IMG/VR virus record: IMGVR_UViG_3300032050_000011
Length of the DNA: 64,000 nt
Strand: one strand, 5' to 3'
DNA from: a virus
In this document: piece after piece, positions 57,912 to 64,000 of the stretch
Position numbering within the stretch: position 1 is the stretch's first letter
Layout: the number at the start of each line of letters is the position of its first letter
Made by a program: the position numbers and the translations under genes
Notes under the pieces: generated by a model
Told to the model about the DNA's origin: nothing
What the model saw: only the letters and a program-made list of their open reading frames with translations
The model's database searches: none

Positions 57912-58419
57912 ACTCATATTTATGAAATGGAAGGCTGATCTTGCAGATATGGATAGGTCTAGTGCAGCTATGGAAGGTAATTTTGATATTCTATTTTTTA
58001 ATCTTAGTAGATCTAGAGTATCGATGGAAGCAGCTTTGCCATATCTAGATAGGGCAATTAAAGCTCACTCGCCTTCTGAGTATGTATTAAAATCTGTATT
58101 TAAGCAGATGAAGAAAAATGGCAACACATCCAACAGTCTTCAGGAATTCGAAACTTCCTGGAAAGAGCATATTGCTTCTGCAGCTAAAAGAGTTTTCTTT
58201 TCTATATACACACTTGAAGAAGCAGAAACAAAAACTACAAAATATGGTAACATGAGCGCGTCTGAATATAGAAAACAACAGAAGTATGCAGACTCGCATC
58301 CTACACTTGACTGGGAAGCACTTATAAAAGAACAAGAGCAAGAGGCTGAAGCAGATAGCAAAAGCCCTGACGTAGATCCTGGCAAAGTAAACCTAGACAT
58401 AAATCTAGGAGATCTATAA
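57895..58419 (+). CDS. Hypothetical protein upstream of helicase
   Basis: SD GAGG; TAATG coupling to dnaB. Confidence 0.7.
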   Translation: MNNNAELIFMKWKADLADMDRSSAAMEGNFDILFFNLSRSRVSMEAALPYLDRAIKAHSPSEYVLKSVFKQMKKNGNTSNSLQEFETSWKEHIASAAKRVFFSIYTLEEAETKTTKYGNMSASEYRKQQKYADSHPTLDWEALIKEQEQEAEADSKSPDVDPGKVNLDINLGDL

Positions 58420-59432
58420 TGGCTAAATTATCAGAGCAAGATATCGCCAGAGCACTGCAGGCAAACAGCAAAAGAGCTCCTACCCCTATAAGTGATATTA
58501 ATATAGAAGTCTCTTTGGATGAACTTGATTCATTTGGCGATAAAGAGTCAATCAAAGAGATGTATGAGAGCGTTGCCTCTTATAATCGCATGCTTGGCGA
58601 AAAGATTACCTTTATCAATAAGGCATTAACCGCAGCTGTGCCTTTTACCCGAGAAAATCTCTATCTAATGTGCGGTTATTCCGGTAACGGTAAATCTACT
58701 ATTGCAGCTAATATTTCGCATCCGCTCTGGAAAGAGGGCAAAAAGACGCTTGTTATATCAAACGAAGAACCAAAGCAGGATATCATCTATCGAATTGCCT
58801 GCCTAGAACTAGGCTATAACTTTAACGACTACAAAAAGGGCATGATGCCTAAGTCTCAGCAGCTAGAATGCATGAAGCTCTATCCGGAGATCTGTAAGTA
58901 TGTTAAAGTAGTAGATGTGGTTTATAATAATGGAATAACTTCTACACTTGAAGGCGTCAAAAATATTCTTACACAGGTTAAGAGCGCAGACTATTCAGCG
59001 GTAATGATAGACTATTTTCAGCAGATCAAGACATCAGTAAATAACCCTGCAAGAAGTAGTTTTGAAGTGCTTACCGATCTGCGCATGTGGCTTGGTAAGT
59101 ATATCAGAGAATCCAACATACCAGTAGTTCTATTTGCTCAGCTTCACTCACTAGGTAAGCGCAATAATCAAGAACTAGATTCTCGTATTAAAGATTGCCC
59201 TAGTGTTTATGAGCCATCTACTGTAGTAGTTGAGATCATACCAGACTTTGACAATAGAACAACTAAATTTCTTATCAAGAAAGATCGATTTGGCTATCAG
59301 GGTATGAAGATAGAGTGTGCCTTCGATAAAGGCAGATATATAGAAATATCTGCAGCACATATGGAAAAAATGAAACAAGAGAAGATTCATAATCTTCTTA
59401 ATACTGTAGGCTACGACAAGGAAGAAGAATGA
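58419..59432 (+). CDS. dnaB: DnaB-like replicative helicase (compact)
   Basis: GYSGNGKST, ISNE, MIDYFQ, LFAQL, KKDRFG. Confidence 0.85.
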   Translation: MAKLSEQDIARALQANSKRAPTPISDINIEVSLDELDSFGDKESIKEMYESVASYNRMLGEKITFINKALTAAVPFTRENLYLMCGYSGNGKSTIAANISHPLWKEGKKTLVISNEEPKQDIIYRIACLELGYNFNDYKKGMMPKSQQLECMKLYPEICKYVKVVDVVYNNGITSTLEGVKNILTQVKSADYSAVMIDYFQQIKTSVNNPARSSFEVLTDLRMWLGKYIRESNIPVVLFAQLHSLGKRNNQELDSRIKDCPSVYEPSTVVVEIIPDFDNRTTKFLIKKDRFGYQGMKIECAFDKGRYIEISAAHMEKMKQEKIHNLLNTVGYDKEEE

Positions 59433-59812
59433 TTACACGAGAAGAGGCGCTAAGAAGACTATCAGAAATTATAGCAAAGGGTGGCAATGAGAAAAATGAA
59501 GGGAATAGTGCATCCGAACATACTGAGGCTAACACACATGAAACTATTCAAGATGATGGTGCTGCTGGATATAGTGAAAGAGAAAGATCTCAAGATAGCC
59601 GTCTCCTAGAATATTATGGTCAATTTGGCGGCAGAATAGTAAATGACTATCTACTAGATAGTCGTCAACTTACTAGAAAAGAATATCTGGCAATGACTAA
59701 AGGTTTAACACAATCACAGCTGCTAGAACATCCGCTGCTCTATGCTTTCTTTAGGTCTGAAGATCAGAGCGAGTTTAATTTTTTTGAATGGCTAGGAAAA
59801 TTTAAGCGATGA
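59429..59812 (+). CDS. Hypothetical protein
   Basis: ATGA coupling to helicase. Confidence 0.65.
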   Translation: MITREEALRRLSEIIAKGGNEKNEGNSASEHTEANTHETIQDDGAAGYSERERSQDSRLLEYYGQFGGRIVNDYLLDSRQLTRKEYLAMTKGLTQSQLLEHPLLYAFFRSEDQSEFNFFEWLGKFKR

Positions 59813-59913
59813 ATGATGTTTTTAATGATATTTTACAAGATATCGCTAGGCGAGTAGATATGCATTTATTTCTTATTAAACTTGACTTAAGAGGTCTTTA
59901 CGATGAATACTAA
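59809..59913 (+). CDS. Small hypothetical protein (34 aa, not in ORF track)
   Basis: MNDVFNDILQDIARRVDMH...DEY*; ATGA coupling. Confidence 0.4.
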   Translation: MNDVFNDILQDIARRVDMHLFLIKLDLRGLYDEY

Positions 59914-60763
59914 GAAGTGTTTAATCTGTAAGCGATCAAATGACACTATATATTGGCACAGCGATGAAGATACTGGCGCTATCTGGTGCTGGTGCAGCGG
60001 CAAATGTCAGCGAGGCTATTCTCTAAGAGAGTACTGTCATCAAGCAGGTATTGAGCTGAATGAGTTCCTTAAAGGCGACTTTGAGATGACACAGGCTAAG
60101 CCAAATGAGATAAGTAGACTAGACTGGCAACCGCAGTTTCTTCCATTGTCTGATCCTAGAGCAACCAAAGGCGTTGACTATATTAGGGCACGCGGCCTTG
60201 ATCCTAAAGGCGATATGTATTATGACAGTGAACGCGAGGGCATAGTGTTTCCCTACTACTATGAATCAGTGTATGTAGGCTCGCAAACTAGACTGATAGA
60301 ACCCTGGACTAGAGAGGGCGACACGGTAAAGATGCTTACTCAGCCAGGCACCAGACTTGGACTAGTATTCTATAACTGGAACCAAAGCCCATTTGTAACT
60401 GATATTAAGGGTGTAGTGGTTTGTGAGGGCGCACTTAATTCAATATCACTGCAGCAGTCACTAGATAAGATCTATGGCGGTGTTCTTAAAAATCCCTGGA
60501 AATGTATAGCAAGCAGCGGCTGCGGAACTACTCAGCATCAGCTAGATAAATTAAATCAGCTAAAAGAAGCTGGCATTAAAGTCGTATGTGCGTTTGACTC
60601 AGATGAGCCAGGCTTAAAAGGTCTTAGTAAATTAAATAAAGCCGGAGTGCTTACGCATTATGCTCTTACTGGCGATAGCGAGTTTGATTGGAACGATTAC
60701 CTGCGAGATAACGGTCATCGTGACACTGCTACGTTTTTCTTAAAATCTATAAAATTTATTTGA
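59903..60763 (+). CDS. dnaG: DNA primase (Zn finger + TOPRIM)
   Basis: CLIC...CWCSGKC; YIRARGL; VVVCEG; FDSDEPG; DWND. Confidence 0.88.
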   Translation: MNTKKCLICKRSNDTIYWHSDEDTGAIWCWCSGKCQRGYSLREYCHQAGIELNEFLKGDFEMTQAKPNEISRLDWQPQFLPLSDPRATKGVDYIRARGLDPKGDMYYDSEREGIVFPYYYESVYVGSQTRLIEPWTREGDTVKMLTQPGTRLGLVFYNWNQSPFVTDIKGVVVCEGALNSISLQQSLDKIYGGVLKNPWKCIASSGCGTTQHQLDKLNQLKEAGIKVVCAFDSDEPGLKGLSKLNKAGVLTHYALTGDSEFDWNDYLRDNGHRDTATFFLKSIKFI

Positions 60764-61067
60764 TAGGTCTTCTAGGTCTTCTTTTTTCTTCTTGATCTTC
60801 AAGATCTGAGTCCATTGATATATCGCCTTCTTTCTTAAAAGATCTTCCAAAATAAAGAGCAAGGCACATGCCATGCCAGTAGAGCGCATTTACTATGTCG
60901 ACGCCTTTAAAGAATTGAGCGAAAGTATTTAAGAGTGCTAGCTGAACATAAATGCTAGATAAGAATACCAGAGTAAGAGATACTGAGCCAAGACCAGTCT
61001 TGGGATCACGTATCATTGGCAGCGGTATGCCATATTTATTTAGTTTAGCAATTACGTTTTTAATCAT
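60756..61067 (-). CDS. Two-TM membrane protein, holin candidate
   Basis: SVSLTLVFLSSIYVQLALL; LALYFGR; charged tail. Confidence 0.55.
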   Translation of the reverse strand: MIKNVIAKLNKYGIPLPMIRDPKTGLGSVSLTLVFLSSIYVQLALLNTFAQFFKGVDIVNALYWHGMCLALYFGRSFKKEGDISMDSDLEDQEEKRRPRRPIK

Positions 61068-62569
61068 ACGTTTATTTTAATAAATTTTCTAGATTCAACA
61101 GGGAGATTATCAGCTATATAAGGGTACGTGTTTTTAAGATCGCTTCCAATTATACTTCTACCATCTAGTGGCACCCACTTACTTCCGTCACCATATGGCC
61201 TGGATGCCTGGAAGCCTGCATATGTTAATGCAGACTCTACTATATCGCCTAATTTATAATAATTAACTTTAGCTAAAATTATTGAATTATCGTCACTGCT
61301 ATACTTAGTAAAAAAATCAGTACTTGCAGTAAGTGACTTAAACTCAAAATTAACACCTGTTTTTTGTTTAAATATGCCAACACCTGTACCTACATTTGAA
61401 GCAGTATTATTTTCACCAGAAACTGTTGCACTTAGCACTATTGAACTAGTAGATGGAGTAACCGTCACTCCTGTTCCAGCAACTAGTGATTTAAACTGCA
61501 GATCAGTTCCATTTTTTTGTTTGAATAAGCCTGTCCCTGTACCCACATTAGATGCAGTGTTTATTTCTTTATTTATTGAATTTAAGGTTATAGTATTAGA
61601 GCCGGTAACAAAATTAAAGTTTGTTCCAGCAACTAGTGATTTAAACTGCAGATCAGTTCCATTTTTTTGTTTGAATAAGCCTGTCCCTGTACCCACATTA
61701 GATGCAGTGTTTGTCTCACCAAAAGGTGTAGATATTGTTATATAATCACTGCTTGATACTACAGATGTGTTAGATCCGGCTATTAATGACTTAAACTCAA
61801 AATTAACACCTAATTTTTGTTTAAAAATTTCTTCGCCGGTTCCAATATTAGATGCAGTATTAGCCTCACCCGTATCTCCTATACTAGATTGTGCTCTACA
61901 GTCAAATCTAAATATATTGGAATTCTCTATTATGTTAGATGCTGAGCCAGCAGTTTTAAATTTACCGCTAGAATCAGTACATTGTAATTTAATATAACCT
62001 ATTGGAGAACTAAATGCGGAAAATAAAAAACCTGGATTAAAAGTTGCTGTAACATTTTCTATTAATAGTATATCTTCAGATTCTGTTGTTAGAACATCAT
62101 CAGATTCTGTTGTTAAATATACCTCTGATACAGCTGGAGATTCATCGGGAAAATATTCTAATTCATCTGAAAAATCTACCAGTATAGACCCTGTATCTGA
62201 TAATTTAAAAGCTGCTACTCTATAATAGCCAACAGTATTACTAATAGGCCATGTTATTTCAAAATCTGAGGGGTTAGAAACGGTCTGAGCCTGAAAATCT
62301 ATCCATAAGGAAGATAGGTCTGTAAATATTTGACTTTGAACGGGTGGACCTATTTTATTTGCACCACTTGGAGCTATAGTAGAAGAATTTGAAAAATTTA
62401 TTTTTGAATCTGGAGTGGGAAATGACGCTGATATTTTTAGTGGAAAATCTAGGTCTATATTTATATTGTCTATGATCTGGCCAAGATGGTGACCACTAAT
62501 TAACCCTAATTGCTTAAAATTTTGTGTTTTAGCTTCAATCTGAAAAGTATCTTGTTTAGTTATTGACAT
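61064..62569 (-). CDS. Tail fibre protein with NTASNVGTG...FKSLVAG repeats and collar-like end
   Basis: Four repeats (two near-identical at DNA level, ~61480-61710); LGDIVES...WVPLDGRSI.GSDL...FIKIN. Confidence 0.8.
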   Translation of the reverse strand: MSITKQDTFQIEAKTQNFKQLGLISGHHLGQIIDNINIDLDFPLKISASFPTPDSKINFSNSSTIAPSGANKIGPPVQSQIFTDLSSLWIDFQAQTVSNPSDFEITWPISNTVGYYRVAAFKLSDTGSILVDFSDELEYFPDESPAVSEVYLTTESDDVLTTESEDILLIENVTATFNPGFLFSAFSSPIGYIKLQCTDSSGKFKTAGSASNIIENSNIFRFDCRAQSSIGDTGEANTASNIGTGEEIFKQKLGVNFEFKSLIAGSNTSVVSSSDYITISTPFGETNTASNVGTGTGLFKQKNGTDLQFKSLVAGTNFNFVTGSNTITLNSINKEINTASNVGTGTGLFKQKNGTDLQFKSLVAGTGVTVTPSTSSIVLSATVSGENNTASNVGTGVGIFKQKTGVNFEFKSLTASTDFFTKYSSDDNSIILAKVNYYKLGDIVESALTYAGFQASRPYGDGSKWVPLDGRSIIGSDLKNTYPYIADNLPVESRKFIKINV

Positions 62570-62573
62570 ATTT

Positions 62574-64000
62574 TTAATTATTAATTTTAATATATTTACC
62601 AGATTCTTCTGGTAATGTTAATGATATTGGTTGAAAATTTGTATCGAATACATATACCTCACCAGAATATGTAGGACTAGAAAAATTACCGCCATCTTTA
62701 TATGCCCCTACAATAACGCTGTCTCCATTTATGGCAACTGACCAACCAAAAGAATCTTCTCCACTCTCATTGTCATCAGGGGAACTGGGTGAACTAAGCT
62801 GCCTTATAAGATCCCAACTCTCAATTCCAGTTGTATTTTTTTTATAAAGATAAGCTTTACCATGAGTCGCACCATCAGAAATATCACTGTATGCACCTAC
62901 TATTATATAGTCACCACTAATACTAACTGAATTACCAAAATAAAAAAATACATCTTCACTATTAGAGTTAAGTGTTTGAGCAAAACCCCAGTTGTCAACT
63001 CCGCCACTATCTTTCTTAAATACATAGGCTTCACCAGCGTTATTTAAAGTTTCAGTAGAGCCGTCATCTTGAGGTGCTCCTACTACTATATAGTCGCTAT
63101 TAATTGCAACTGAAGAACCAAATTTGTCACTTGCATCTGGATTATTAGAGTTTAGTGTTTTAATTAAGCCCCAGTTGTCAGGTCCACCGCTGTCTTTCTT
63201 AAATACATAGGCTTCACCAGCATCACCGATGGTATCGGTAAGCCCAGTTCCGTCATCTTGAGGTGCTCCTACTACTATATAGTCGCTATTAATTGCAACT
63301 GAAGAACCAAATTTGTCACTTGCATCTGGATTATTAGAGTTTAGTGTTTTAATTAAGCCCCAGTTGTCGACTCCACCACTGTCTTTCTTAAATACATAGG
63401 CTTCACCGGCATCATTTAAAGTTTCAGTAGAGCCGTCATCTTGAGGTGCTCCTACTACTATATAGTCGCCGCTAATAGCTACTGACCAGCCAAAATAATC
63501 ACTTGCATCTGGATTATTAGAATTTAGTGTTTTAATTAAGCCCCAGTTGTCAACTCCACCACTATCTTTCTTAAATACATATGCTTGACCAGCATTAGGA
63601 AGGTTTACACCTGGAGTACCACTGCCTAGTGGTCCCCCTACCACTATATAGTCGCCGCTAATAGCTACTGACCAACCAAATTGAGGTTGTTCATAAATTG
63701 AAGAGGTATGAGTCAGTGTCTTAATAGATGTCCAGTCGTTAAATCCAGTTGTATTTTTTTTAAAAATAAAAGCTCTACCTTGAATATTACTTTGATTTGG
63801 CGCACCGATAACGATGTAACCACCATCTACACTAACGCTATGCCCAAAAAGACCACCAACCACAACATCAATAATTGGTGAATTTAATATTTCATAAGTT
63901 TTAGTTAATGTTAAAAAATTACTAGAAAGTAACGCACTATTTGATAAATCACTGTCGGTAACATCTCTACCATCTAGAGGTACCCATGTACTTCCATCTG
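62574..64000 (-). CDS. FG-GAP beta-propeller fibre/adhesin (5' end outside window)
   Basis: Repeats of FGxSVAIxGDYIVVGA...GEAYVF; frame stays open upstream of 63863 (DGSTWVPLDGRDVTDSDL). Confidence 0.88.
   Translation of the reverse strand, partial: DGSTWVPLDGRDVTDSDLSNSALLSSNFLTLTKTYEILNSPIIDVVVGGLFGHSVSVDGGYIVIGAPNQSNIQGRAFIFKKNTTGFNDWTSIKTLTHTSSIYEQPQFGWSVAISGDYIVVGGPLGSGTPGVNLPNAGQAYVFKKDSGGVDNWGLIKTLNSNNPDASDYFGWSVAISGDYIVVGAPQDDGSTETLNDAGEAYVFKKDSGGVDNWGLIKTLNSNNPDASDKFGSSVAINSDYIVVGAPQDDGTGLTDTIGDAGEAYVFKKDSGGPDNWGLIKTLNSNNPDASDKFGSSVAINSDYIVVGAPQDDGSTETLNNAGEAYVFKKDSGGVDNWGFAQTLNSNSEDVFFYFGNSVSISGDYIIVGAYSDISDGATHGKAYLYKKNTTGIESWDLIRQLSSPSSPDDNESGEDSFGWSVAINGDSVIVGAYKDGGNFSSPTYSGEVYVFDTNFQPISLTLPEESGKYIKINN
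62985..63680. repeat. Near-identical ~180-bp FG-GAP blade repeats
   Basis: ccccagttgtc...tctttcttaaatacata block recurs at ~62986, 63169, 63358, 63541. Confidence 0.9.

Noticed and set aside
586-61997. Many short ORFs in the track lying antisense or out of frame within longer genes (e.g. 586..897, 1390..1581, 2796..3122, 14634..14921, 24884..25252, 26551..27021, 29401..29715, 61374..61745)
   Set aside because: Shadows of well-supported genes or of coding repeats; no independent SD, promoter or motif support
1-64000. Stop-codon reassignment, suggested by TAG-rich sequence and the apparent ORF gap at 1-1910
   Set aside because: Conserved genes are full length in code 11 and several end naturally at TAG (e.g. 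MCP); the gap is an ORF running off the window edge
1-64000. tRNA, rRNA, integrase or transposase
   Set aside because: Intergenic gaps are short and showed no cloverleaf or T-loop signatures by eye; no such proteins recognised
1-64000. Host or family assignment
   Set aside because: Head genes are Herelleviridae-like but the replication genes differ; sequence inspection alone cannot fix host or taxon

Overview
This AT-rich window is part of a large tailed dsDNA phage genome read in the standard code, with almost all genes on the minus strand. (1) Both ends hold fibre and adhesin genes: a delta-60-type repeat beta-propeller, repeat-rich fibres and an FG-GAP propeller. Near the left end is a five-gene array with a conserved N-terminal module and shuffled C-terminal beta-sandwich domains. 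(2) The head module has a neck protein, a Herelleviridae-like major capsid protein, an acidic scaffold, prohead protease, portal and large terminase. It is surrounded by charged proteins punctuated by the same [LMI]-x-K-[A/S] motif as the predicted capsid maturation site. (3) The replication, recombination and repair set comprises a DnaQ-DnaE fusion polymerase, SSB, RecA/UvsX, UvsY-like, SbcCD, RuvC, UvsW, DnaB, primase and a minimal PolX. (4) Accessory genes include a T5 A1-like nuclease, GroEL, dimeric dUTPase/dCTPase, nucleotide kinases, a degenerate methyltransferase, an M15 endolysin and a PDZ protein. The best candidate novel systems are a Lys-specific protease-processed head-cargo system and the combinatorial anchor-plus-lectin gene array. 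A -10-only GTATAAT promoter, often leaderless, recurs throughout. No tRNA, CRISPR array, integrase, intein or reverse transcriptase was seen. All calls rest on motif recognition by eye, without database searches.
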